Assembly: GCA_965199495.1 (NCBI GenBank)
Contig: CBDASK010000003.1
Span: 704,001-768,000 of the forward strand
DNA length: 64,000 bases
Reading direction: 5' to 3'
From: Abditibacterium sp.
GTDB taxonomy: Bacteria > Armatimonadota > Abditibacteriia > Abditibacteriales > Abditibacteriaceae
Each line of letters starts with the position of its first letter. Within the stretch, counting starts at the first letter, position 1. The notes under the pieces were generated by a model, which was not told the DNA's origin, did no database searches, and saw only the letters and a list, made by a program, of their open reading frames with translations. Positions 19,779 through 28,331 of the stretch are shown one piece after another. The translations under genes were made by a program, and so were the position numbers.

Positions 19779-21617
19779 TTAGCGCCTTCTGCTGGGCGCA
19801 CGCGGCGCGGGCGCATTAAGCTGGCTGGAGTCAATGTAAATTATCGATTCGAGAAAGATCAGCGCCGACATTTTGTCGTCTTGACTCAATATGGCAAAAT
19901 TGAGAGAAGGCGGTGGAAGGGCGATTTCCGTCCCATACCCTACCATTATGTAATGGCGAGCCGCAAAGCCCGTCGTGTCACCCGATGGGCTTTCCCCTTT
20001 GCCCATACGATTACTAAATTGCAGCGAAAGACCGTTTTGCGCCAGTTCCTGATTGAGCGCTGGCTGAAATTTGAACAGGTTGCGAGCGACATTTTCGGCA
20101 ATAGGAATCGCGATGGCTTGGCGCCAACGGTTTTGCAGCGCGGGCGACAAAGACGAGAACGCCACGCCCTGCGGCGTTTTCAACGCTTCCAGTTCCACCT
20201 GCTCGATAGCCGCGCGCCCAAGCGCCGCATTTTCTTGTTCGCGGTCGGAGCGATTATAAAATTGAAATCGATAGCGATAACGCTGAGGATCGCCCATTTG
20301 CAGTAGTTTGAGATGCAGTTCGCCGCGCGTGTTGCCCTGCATGGAGTAAGCGTCTCCCGTTTTGTTCCACGATACGCCATAAACGCGGGCAAGCGATTCC
20401 ATGAACTTGGCAAGCGGCATCGCTTCGACGCGCGCGGTTAGCAGTTCATCTGCGGGCGCATCAGTTCCCAATTGCAAAGTCACTCCGCTTTGCGCCTGCA
20501 ATTGCGTCAACAGTTCGCGGAGCGGCAACCGTTTGACTTGCAGCGAGACTTCTTTTTGCAGCGCGGCATCGGAATCGAGTTGTGCATTGGCGATTTCACC
20601 ACCAAGGCCGCCGTAAACCGTGTTCAGAGTTTCGTCGTTAGCCGCATCAAACTTTGGCGCGAGCGGCGCCGGTTGCAAGGTTTGCTCGGCGGGCAGTTGC
20701 AGAGCCGCAGGAGCGTTCACCGCATCCATCTTGCTCAACGCAAATCTCGGTTGCGATTTGATCAACTTAAATCCCGCACCGGCTTCGTTTACATTCCCCT
20801 GCTCTTTTTCGACAGGCAACGAAGGAATTTCGACGCCAATAACGTCGGAACCTCCGTCCTCGAAAACGCGAATGCGCAGACGCGGATTTTTCCAGAAGTC
20901 ATCACTCAAAGCGAACAAGTTGCTTGGCATTGCCATGATCTCGCGCAGATCGAGTAAGACGCGCGCCCGCACATCGGGTGGCAGTTCGGCCAGAGCAAAA
21001 CGAATATCTATTTTTTTGTCCAACGCGGCAGTATTCTGTGTCCAACCCCGTTGATTTTTGAGCAGATTAAACAGCACAGTGCGCAACGCCTCCGGCGTCG
21101 TGGCGCCAGTGACGATGTCTTCGGGCGCCATGCCCTGCGCTTGCAAAGCCGCCGACGCCTTGGCAAAGCGGTCACGCTCGACTGCCTGAATGAGCGAAAG
21201 TTGAAGCGTCGCCAGTTGAACCGGATCGGGTTCGCTCCAAAACAAAAATGTGCGCTCATCCACGCGCAGAGTGCTGAGTTTTTCCTGAGAGGCGAAGTCG
21301 CCCATCACATTGATAAGACTGGAACCCCAGTGTTCCTGATATTCGCCTTTAAGACCGGCGACTGCTCCCGAAGTTGACGGATAAGCGGTAACGGGCGCCG
21401 GAGCCGGAAAATCGGTTGCATCGGCGATGAAGTTCACGCTGGCGGCGCGCGCCATATCAATCAGATAGCCGTCCGCTGTGGCTGTATCGAGCGGGCGCGT
21501 AATCTTTTGTTCGGTGACAGCGTCCAGCTTAACAGGTATCGCGCGCGCGGGCGCATGAGACAACAACAGCCACGTCCCCAGCACCGCAAATCCTTTGAAG
21601 TAATTCATGTCGGTCAT
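19779..21617 (-). CDS. Secreted hypothetical protein with an STN/secretin-N-like segment
   Basis: Signal peptide; LQKEVSLQVKRLPLRELLTQLQAQSGVTL...MPLAKFMESLARVYGVSW. Confidence 0.55.
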   Translation of the reverse strand: MTDMNYFKGFAVLGTWLLLSHAPARAIPVKLDAVTEQKITRPLDTATADGYLIDMARAASVNFIADATDFPAPAPVTAYPSTSGAVAGLKGEYQEHWGSSLINVMGDFASQEKLSTLRVDERTFLFWSEPDPVQLATLQLSLIQAVERDRFAKASAALQAQGMAPEDIVTGATTPEALRTVLFNLLKNQRGWTQNTAALDKKIDIRFALAELPPDVRARVLLDLREIMAMPSNLFALSDDFWKNPRLRIRVFEDGGSDVIGVEIPSLPVEKEQGNVNEAGAGFKLIKSQPRFALSKMDAVNAPAALQLPAEQTLQPAPLAPKFDAANDETLNTVYGGLGGEIANAQLDSDAALQKEVSLQVKRLPLRELLTQLQAQSGVTLQLGTDAPADELLTARVEAMPLAKFMESLARVYGVSWNKTGDAYSMQGNTRGELHLKLLQMGDPQRYRYRFQFYNRSDREQENAALGRAAIEQVELEALKTPQGVAFSSLSPALQNRWRQAIAIPIAENVARNLFKFQPALNQELAQNGLSLQFSNRMGKGESPSGDTTGFAARHYIMVGYGTEIALPPPSLNFAILSQDDKMSALIFLESIIYIDSSQLNAPAPRAPSRRR

Positions 21618-21894
21618 AAAACAAATTCGATTTACACAATGAAGTATGAATTGAATTTCTCTGGATTGGGTATGTCAATTAACTCCGTCGTCGTATTTTA
21701 CAAAGCGTTTACAATTTCTGTCAATCCTCGCGCACTCTTTATTTTTGCCAAATATCGCCAGTCGTCAATGGTTTTCACGATGGCGTCTGCCCGCGCCGCA
21801 GTTCATCCAAATAACCGTGAATCGCGGAGGCCATCGCGCTCAAGCCTTCGCCGACTGCTAAAGTCACGCGCTCGACCGCACCAGCGCGAATGGA

Positions 21895-23082
21895 TCAGGG
21901 AAAAACGTCCGCAAAGCCCGCGATAATTCGTTCCAAATCGGCTTCGTTCCAACTCGCGTTGCTGGTCAGGCGCAAGCGTGCGCGCTTGACCGTCGGTGGA
22001 CGAACCGCCGGACACCATAAGTTGCGCTCCAACAATCGCGCCGACAGTTGCAACGCGGTTTCGCTACTTTGGGCGAAAACGGGTAAAATCGGCGAAATTT
22101 GCGGCGCAACATCGTATCCTAAGGCGCTAAGTTCACGATACAGCCACGCCGCGTTGGTGCGGCATTTTTGGACGTGTTCCGGCTCATTTTGGATGATGCG
22201 CAACGCCTGCAATGCCGCGCCAACGGCGGGCGGATTAAGGCCGGTCGAATAGACGAAACTGCGTGCGGCACCGACCAAATAATCGATCAAAACGCGCGGG
22301 CCGCAGACGAAACCGCCCTGACTGCCCAACGCTTTGGAAAGTGTGCCGAGTGTGACGATATTTCGAGAGCGGGGCTGACGCACCCTTCCAATCGGCGGGA
22401 GTTCTTCCAAAGTAGATTGATTGGAAGGGTGCGTCAGCCCCGCCTCGATTTTAAAATACTCTGCCGTCCCGCGCCCGCCCGCGCCCAAAGTTCCTGTCCC
22501 ATGCGCGTCGTCCAAAATTATAATCGCATCGAATTCGTGCCCCAATTCGACAATGGCGGGTAAATCGCACAAATCGCCGTCCATCGAGAAAACGCCATCG
22601 CAAACGATCAGCTTGCGCCCGGCGTGGCTGCTGGCCAAGAGCGCGCGTAATTTCTCGTTTGATTCCCAAAATCGCGTCGGAGATTTCGCCAATGCGCACG
22701 CATCCAATAGCGACGCGTGATTGCGCTTATGACAAAACAGCGCCGTTTCGTGGTTGCAAAGCGCCGTAATCACGCCGATGTTGGCGGCGTAACCCGACGA
22801 AAAAACGAGCGCCGCTTCGCAATTTTTAAATCTCGCCAATTCGCTTTCGAGTTCTTCGACCAACTCATAATGCCCCGAAACCAACCGCGAGGCGCGCGCG
22901 CCCGCGCCAAACTTCGCCGCCGCAGATTGCGCCGCTTCAATGACGCGCGGATGGACGGCCAAACCGAGATAATCGTTGGACGCCAAATCGAGCGCGCCGT
23001 CGGGCACGCGCCGCAGTTCGCGCGTCAAATGCGCGGCGGCGCGTTTGTCGAGTTCGCGTTGGAGTTCGTGCCAGAGTTTCAT
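21895..23082 (-). CDS. bioF: 8-amino-7-oxononanoate synthase carrying an in-frame palindrome insertion
   Basis: LASNDYLGL, GARASRLVSG, NHASLLD, DGVFSMDGD, DDAHG and PLP-lysine motif GTLSKALG. Start at 23082 overlaps the upstream stop. Confidence 0.92.
   Translation of the reverse strand: MKLWHELQRELDKRAAAHLTRELRRVPDGALDLASNDYLGLAVHPRVIEAAQSAAAKFGAGARASRLVSGHYELVEELESELARFKNCEAALVFSSGYAANIGVITALCNHETALFCHKRNHASLLDACALAKSPTRFWESNEKLRALLASSHAGRKLIVCDGVFSMDGDLCDLPAIVELGHEFDAIIILDDAHGTGTLGAGGRGTAEYFKIEAGLTHPSNQSTLEELPPIGRVRQPRSRNIVTLGTLSKALGSQGGFVCGPRVLIDYLVGAARSFVYSTGLNPPAVGAALQALRIIQNEPEHVQKCRTNAAWLYRELSALGYDVAPQISPILPVFAQSSETALQLSARLLERNLWCPAVRPPTVKRARLRLTSNASWNEADLERIIAGFADVFP
22369..22443. 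repeat. Intragenic palindromic repeat (75 bp) inside bioF
   Basis: GCGGGGCTGACGCACCCTTCCAATC...GATTGGAAGGGTGCGTCAGCCCCGC; same family as 14084 and 28176. Confidence 0.9.
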
Positions 23083-24074
23083 TGCGGCATCAACTCGCTG
23101 AGTTCGGCGGGCGAAACTTTGTCGCGCAACCAATCGCGCAAATCGAGTAACGATTCCAAACGCTCGTGCTGAGAAGGCGGCACAATTGCCAATCGCCAGA
23201 CATAGCCATGCCGGTGGCTGTAGTGGCGCGCGGCGGAATAACGTTCCATTGGCTGATTCATGTTTAAGCCGAAATGCGCGAAAACCAAAGCGAACAGACG
23301 ATATTGGGATTCGGAAAACTCCTGGATATTAGTGCCATCGAAAATATGGCTATGGATCGTCTCGCCCGCAGCAAAGGGCAAATACATCGCTCCCAGCTCA
23401 AAAACCAAATCGCGTCCCATGCCGCTTTGCCAGTTGACATCCACACCCGCAATCGCGCGCAACAAACGCTCGCACTCGTCCAAATCGCCGCGCTCGGCGC
23501 GCGCCCAGACGCGATTGCGTTGGACGTGGCTCCAACCCAGCCACGCCCATGAAAAAGCGCAATCGCTGTTTTTGTCACCCAACATCGCGCGCACTTCGGC
23601 TTCGATTTCCGCATCAGTTGCGCGCGTGCGCCACCAATTCGGCAATTCCCGGTTCGGTTGTAAATTATGCCATCGAAACGGCGCGATTTCGCCATCGGGC
23701 GCCTGCCAGCAACTTTGGCCGTTCGGACTCAAAATCAGTTCGCCCGCCCAATTCCCGCGATTCTTGATCAACTTTTGGTCGGCTCCGAAAAACAGGTCGC
23801 GCATAAACCCGCCTTTGATGAGCGTTGTCAGATTGACCTTTTGACGCGGCGCTGTTCTTCCAAACGCAAAGCGCAGGAGCGGCGCATGGGGCGTTTCGCG
23901 GCGGGCGACTAAATCGAATTTTCCGTTGCTCAATCGAATCCAACGCGCGCAGTAAAATGAGGCCGCGAGCCGAAGCCCCACACGCACTCGCATTTCGGCG
24001 GGCGCACACAACGGCTCGCCGGACGCCAAGTCGCCGACCTCGTGGGGCGCCAGACAAAGTGCGGGCAAAGACAT
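23079..24074 (-). CDS. Hypothetical protein
   Basis: 331-aa ORF translationally coupled to bioF; no motif recognised. Confidence 0.6.
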   Translation of the reverse strand: MSLPALCLAPHEVGDLASGEPLCAPAEMRVRVGLRLAASFYCARWIRLSNGKFDLVARRETPHAPLLRFAFGRTAPRQKVNLTTLIKGGFMRDLFFGADQKLIKNRGNWAGELILSPNGQSCWQAPDGEIAPFRWHNLQPNRELPNWWRTRATDAEIEAEVRAMLGDKNSDCAFSWAWLGWSHVQRNRVWARAERGDLDECERLLRAIAGVDVNWQSGMGRDLVFELGAMYLPFAAGETIHSHIFDGTNIQEFSESQYRLFALVFAHFGLNMNQPMERYSAARHYSHRHGYVWRLAIVPPSQHERLESLLDLRDWLRDKVSPAELSELMPQ

Positions 24075-24112
24075 TGGCGTTTCAGTGAATTAAGCGCACG
24101 GTTTCCCCACTT

Positions 24113-24844
24113 TTACTTTTTCGGCGGCGGCGTCCAATCTGGAATTTCGTCGTCGGGAATCGCGCCATATAAGGCGGCGCGATGACCGCCGCGTAGCGCC
24201 CAACCCGGTTCGCCATAACTCCAATGCCACCATTCGCCGCGAAAATTGGTGAGGCCCGATTCGGTCAAGACGCCGCTCAACAAATCGCGGTTGTGGCGGG
24301 CTTCGTCGCTCAAACCTTCTTTGGCAAACGGCGCGCTGTCCCAACCCATTTCGTAGGGCGAAGTGAAATCCAGACGCTCGCCGTGTTTGTCCACGATGCC
24401 CAGATCAACGGCGCCACCCGTCGTGTGCGGCGGCGGCGTGTCCCAAATCGGCGGCGCCGAAAAGACGTTGATATATTGCGTCAAAAATTCTTCGCTCCAA
24501 TGCGGGTTTTTCTCGCGCTGTTCGGCTTTCACGATGTCATACATCGCTTTTTGCGTGGCGAATGGGCGAAACACGCCGATGATGATGAGCGACAAATCGG
24601 GCGGCAACAGGCTTTGCGCGTTGGCCAACATTTTGGCGAGCGATTCGCGCCCCAGACCGTAACGAGGAAAATCGAAACGCGCGTTGTTCTCGTGAAACCA
24701 GTGCATTTCGGGCGCATACTGGAAAACGTCAACGAGCGGTTCGCCGTTGTCTTCGATGGGAATCGGGATGAGAAGTTCGAGCGGTTCGCCAAAAGTATCA
24801 ATTTCGGGGAGCGTGGGGGTTTCGGGAAGTTGGGTGTCGGACAT
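24113..24844 (-). CDS. M15 family D-Ala-D-Ala dipeptidase (VanX/DdpX-like)
   Basis: FRPFATQ, PPHTTGGAVDL, EWWHWSYG. Confidence 0.85.
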   Translation of the reverse strand: MSDTQLPETPTLPEIDTFGEPLELLIPIPIEDNGEPLVDVFQYAPEMHWFHENNARFDFPRYGLGRESLAKMLANAQSLLPPDLSLIIIGVFRPFATQKAMYDIVKAEQREKNPHWSEEFLTQYINVFSAPPIWDTPPPHTTGGAVDLGIVDKHGERLDFTSPYEMGWDSAPFAKEGLSDEARHNRDLLSGVLTESGLTNFRGEWWHWSYGEPGWALRGGHRAALYGAIPDDEIPDWTPPPKK

Positions 24845-24878
24845 TAAATTCTGGTTCGAGAGTTGGCACTCGCCTACG

Positions 24879-24980
24879 TCCCGTAGAGACGCCGATTTAT
24901 CGCGTCTAAAACGGTGAAATTGCCATTACGTTGAGGCAATTCTACCATTTTAGACGCGATAAATCGGCGTCTCTACGGGA
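24879..24980. repeat. REPIN-like hairpin (GTAGAGACGCCGATTTATCGCGTCTA arms)
   Basis: Inverted GTAG-headed arms about 30 bp long around a spacer. Confidence 0.88.
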
Positions 24981-24990
24981 ATCAAAACAA

Positions 24991-25962
24991 CTATTTGCTC
25001 ATTAAAGGCATCATTTCTGCCGAACCGAACACGCCATAAATGCCGCGCCCTTGCAGCCACGCCGCGCGCGCCAGATAACCCAGCGCGGTGCCGCAGACGT
25101 TCGCCGCCATCGTGGTTTCATCGCCCAAAATAAATTGGTGTTCGCTGCGCTGGCCATCGAAGGTGATGCCGGTCAGCGTCATCGTCGTCGAAACTGGCTT
25201 TTTGGCGTTACGCGTGTCCATCACGCCGCCGACGGTCACGCAATCGCGGTCGCAAATGCCAGCGCGTTCGAGCATTACGTCGTCGGCGTGTTCCATATTA
25301 TAAAGCGTCAATTTGCCATCAGTCGCGTTGAGCAGTTCTTCGACTTCGCCGTCGCTTAAAGTTTTGGCCGAATCAACGTCGAAGCCGGGCAGATGCGCGA
25401 TGTCTTCGCGGATCGTGGCTTTATAATCGTCCCAGCGCGCGATGCCGACGCCCCACCAGATGTGGACTTTCTCGACTTTAACGAACGATTGCGCCGCAAT
25501 CGCCGCCGCCGCCGTCAACAAGCCCGGCGTGGCTCCGCAACCGCTGAGATAAGTGCATTTGGATTGTTTGAGCAAATCGTCCAACTCGAACATCATTTCC
25601 ATCGCGCGCGTGCGCTTGAGGGCGTCAACCATCGCGCCCTGAAAACCGCCCGCCAGAAAACGCTGCACGACGCACGGAATAAAATCGTTGGGCAAGTTGG
25701 GCAACGCCACGAAAACCGCGTCGAATTCGGTGTGACGCTGAATCAATTCGCCGATGGCGTCTTCGCTGCGCTGACCGTTTTTCATTTGCGAAACCGAGCC
25801 GCCGACTTTGACATTTTGTAATTCTGAGGCGTCAATGCCGTTTTGGTCGAAGACGAAGCCGCCCAAATCGGCGATGGCGACGAGTTGTAGGGTTTCTTTT
25901 TGCGAGATGATATGGGCGGCGGCTTTGCCTAAGCCACCAGCGCCTAAAATTGCGATTTTCAT
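24991..25962 (-). CDS. bioU: BioU, dehydrogenase-fold suicide enzyme that replaces BioA in biotin synthesis
   Basis: Rossmann GAGGLG; ALPNLPN, VDALKRT (candidate reactive Lys), GCGATPGLLT, ATIREDIAHLPG, MEHADD, LGDETTMAANV; clustered with bioF. Confidence 0.8.
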   Translation of the reverse strand: MKIAILGAGGLGKAAAHIISQKETLQLVAIADLGGFVFDQNGIDASELQNVKVGGSVSQMKNGQRSEDAIGELIQRHTEFDAVFVALPNLPNDFIPCVVQRFLAGGFQGAMVDALKRTRAMEMMFELDDLLKQSKCTYLSGCGATPGLLTAAAAIAAQSFVKVEKVHIWWGVGIARWDDYKATIREDIAHLPGFDVDSAKTLSDGEVEELLNATDGKLTLYNMEHADDVMLERAGICDRDCVTVGGVMDTRNAKKPVSTTMTLTGITFDGQRSEHQFILGDETTMAANVCGTALGYLARAAWLQGRGIYGVFGSAEMMPLMSK

Positions 25963-25974
25963 GATTTTTATTTT

Positions 25975-26454
25975 GCCACAGAGGGCACAGAGGAACACAG
26001 AGAGTTTGCAGGGAAACCCTAAATTGTGTGGAGATTTTAGTTGTGAATTCTTTTGATGCCTAACTTCGCTTCGCCAAAGTTGAGTATGAGGCAAAGTGGA
26101 CTTCCCGCCGTCGTAAGATAATTCAGAGCTTGGGCCACATGAGCGTTGGAAATCGAGTTGATAGCTTTGAGTTCGAGAATTATCGTGTTGTTCACCACGA
26201 TGTCGGCTATGAAATGCCCGACGACGATACCATCGTAATATACATCCAAAGGCACTTGCCGCTCCACATGAAAATGGTTTTTGCTCAGTTCGTGGAAAAG
26301 AGCGTTTTCATACACCTTCTCTAAATAACCGGGCCGCAGTTTCCGAGCGACCTTGATGGCATATCCAATTACCAAACCCGAAAGTTCGTTCAATTTCTCT
26401 TCTTCCATAATGTTTCTCTGAAACCTCTCTGTGTTCCTCTGTGAACTCTGTGGC
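25975..26454. mobile_element. Inverted-repeat-flanked GxxExxY nuclease cassette
   Basis: 30-bp IRs GCCACAGAGGGCACAGAGGAACACAGAGAG (25975-26004) and its near-complement (26425-26454) bracket a single gene. Confidence 0.7.
26037..26408 (-). CDS. GxxExxY protein (PD-(D/E)XK nuclease superfamily)
   Basis: GYLEKVY; ADIVVNNTIILELKA; QALNYL...LNFG. Confidence 0.92.
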   Translation of the reverse strand: MEEEKLNELSGLVIGYAIKVARKLRPGYLEKVYENALFHELSKNHFHVERQVPLDVYYDGIVVGHFIADIVVNNTIILELKAINSISNAHVAQALNYLTTAGSPLCLILNFGEAKLGIKRIHN

Positions 26455-27435
26455 TTATTTTAACAAAACCAAACAACCGATATGTCCGCCAAACCCGTAA
26501 TTCACGCTCAAACTCGCCCCGATTTCTATCGCCCTACCCGGCCCAATAATCAAATCTAAATCAATCTCATCATCCACGTTTTCCAGATTCAACGTTGGCG
26601 GCGCCCAACCATTTTCCATCGCTTCCAAACACATAACCGCTTCGACGGCGCCCGCCGCGCCCATGAGATGTCCGGTTTGCGGCTTGGTCGAACTGACAGC
26701 CACGCCGCCGCCAAAGACGCGATTTAAAGCGCGCGCTTCGGTTAAATCGTTGATTGTCGCCGTGCCATGCGCGTTGATATAGTCAATTTTCGGTTCGCCC
26801 GCCATCTTCAATGCGCTGCGAATCGCGCGTTCAATCGAATCACCTGAGGGCGCCATTTGCGTGATGTGCGTGGCATCGCATGCGAAACTCCAACCGCCAA
26901 CAAATCCGTGAATCGCGAAATTATGCGCGCGCGCGAAGTCTTCGCGCGCCAACACCAAAAAGCCGCCGCCGTGATTCACGACAAAACCATCGCGGCGCGC
27001 ATCAAAGGGGCGCATCATTCCGCTTCGGGAAAGCGCGCCCATGTTGCGATAGGCCGCCGCGATCATCGGATGTTGCGGCGGTTCGAGCGCGCCCGCCAAA
27101 ACTAAATCGGCGTCGCCTTGCGCAATCCATTGCGCGCCCAGCGCGATGGCGTGCGTGCCCGACGCGCAGGCCGCGTTGGGCGCGCCGATGCGGCCACGCG
27201 CATCGAACTGGCGCGCGAGTTGTAAGGCGGGCGCGTCGGGAAAGGCGCCCGCGAAATCGCTGTTTTGCAATTGCGTCCAATCGCCTTTGGACGAAGTGAA
27301 ACACACCGATACGCGCGACGCGTCGGCAATCTGGGCGCGCAGGGGCGCAAAGGCGCGCTCAATTTGGGTTTCGAGCGCGTCCTGCGCACAATTTCGGTAG
27401 TGCGCTCCGGTAGCGAGAATGGCAACGCGCGTCAT
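26455..27435 (-). CDS. Beta-ketoacyl synthase (FabF/FabB-like, shortened N-terminus)
   Basis: Catalytic NAACASG, YINAHGTAT and GHLMGAAG; RPFDARRDGF; NYGFGG. Confidence 0.85.
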   Translation of the reverse strand: MTRVAILATGAHYRNCAQDALETQIERAFAPLRAQIADASRVSVCFTSSKGDWTQLQNSDFAGAFPDAPALQLARQFDARGRIGAPNAACASGTHAIALGAQWIAQGDADLVLAGALEPPQHPMIAAAYRNMGALSRSGMMRPFDARRDGFVVNHGGGFLVLAREDFARAHNFAIHGFVGGWSFACDATHITQMAPSGDSIERAIRSALKMAGEPKIDYINAHGTATINDLTEARALNRVFGGGVAVSSTKPQTGHLMGAAGAVEAVMCLEAMENGWAPPTLNLENVDDEIDLDLIIGPGRAIEIGASLSVNYGFGGHIGCLVLLK

Positions 27436-27557
27436 GCGTCCAGCAGTTTAAGGCGCGAATAGAGATTAGCGAACTGAAAGCGGAGGGATTTTCATTGAAA
27501 TGTTTGCGTTAAAACTGGCCAGTGGCGCGGCATCTGCTAAATCGCAAGGCATTCTTT

Positions 27558-28172
27558 ATGGCTACTTCTCCCACCAATGCGATGCCCGCCGTGCCTTCGG
27601 ATAACGTGTTTCGGTTGCTACTGCTCGAAAACGATGAGACGACAGCCAATACGATACTGAGTTTTTTGGAGAAAACCGGCTTCGATTGTCAGGCCGCTTT
27701 CAGCGCCGAAGCGGGCATGGCGCTGTTCAAAAAGCAGGTGCCGCATCTGGTGATACTGCCCGCGTTGACGCCCAACATTGATGGCCACGCGTTTTGCCGT
27801 TGGGTGCGCGAACACAGCACGATTCCAATTTTGATGCGCGGCGTGGCGGATGAAAGCGCCGAAGTCGCCGCCTTTAAAATCGGCGCCGACGATTATCTGC
27901 CCGCACCGCTACGCCCTGCCGTGTTGATGGCGCGCGTCGTGGCTCATCTGCGGCGCGCCTATCGCTACAACGCGCCGCCCGAAAATCCATTTGGGCTGGA
28001 AGTAGAAGCGGACGCGCCCTCCAATGCGCTGCCCGCCGGTTGGGCCGAATGCGAACTCTGTGGACACCGCGCGCCGCGTCGCGTCTTCGAGAAAGAAGAT
28101 ATTATGGGACGCATGAAACTGATTTGCCCGCGCTGCAACGAAAGTGATCACGTTATTATTTCGATTGATTGA
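27558..28172 (+). CDS. Atypical (pseudo-)receiver protein with a C-terminal zinc ribbon
   Basis: OmpR-like REC (IGADDYL, LMARVVAHLRR) but HLVILPAL in place of DLxxLD; tail CELCG...CPRC. Confidence 0.75.
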   Translation: MATSPTNAMPAVPSDNVFRLLLLENDETTANTILSFLEKTGFDCQAAFSAEAGMALFKKQVPHLVILPALTPNIDGHAFCRWVREHSTIPILMRGVADESAEVAAFKIGADDYLPAPLRPAVLMARVVAHLRRAYRYNAPPENPFGLEVEADAPSNALPAGWAECELCGHRAPRRVFEKEDIMGRMKLICPRCNESDHVIISID

Positions 28173-28175
28173 GCG

Positions 28176-28295
28176 ACAGATTCACGCTTTGAGGGGAGCG
28201 GGGCTAACGCACCCTTCCAATCGGCATGAGGCCGAGGAAAGTCCCCCCGATTGGAAGGGTGCGTTAGCCCCGCTCCCCTCAAGGCGTGAATCTGT
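28176..28295. repeat. Palindromic repeat with extended inverted flanks
   Basis: ACAGATTCACGCTTTGAGGGGAGCGGGGCTAACGCACCCTTCCAATCGG and its inverse ending GCGTGAATCTGT. Confidence 0.88.
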
Positions 28296-28331
28296 AAATA
28301 GATACTGTGTTGGCCGTCAAGAGTTTTGGCG

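Noticed and set aside
24113..24844. Vancomycin resistance locus
   Set aside because: A lone M15 dipeptidase with no vanH, vanA, vanR or vanS nearby.
25963..26094. N-terminal extensions of bioU (and similarly of phoU, pstC, the Dabb gene and the 42113 permease)
   Set aside because: The extensions are translations of palindromic or repeat DNA. Downstream ATGs match the family N-termini.
28300..28331. IS1111-type element with sub-terminal IRs and a 3' guide RNA
   Set aside because: The right end is only about 30 bp with no IRs. The guide-bearing non-coding region is upstream of the recombinase, as in the IS110 group.
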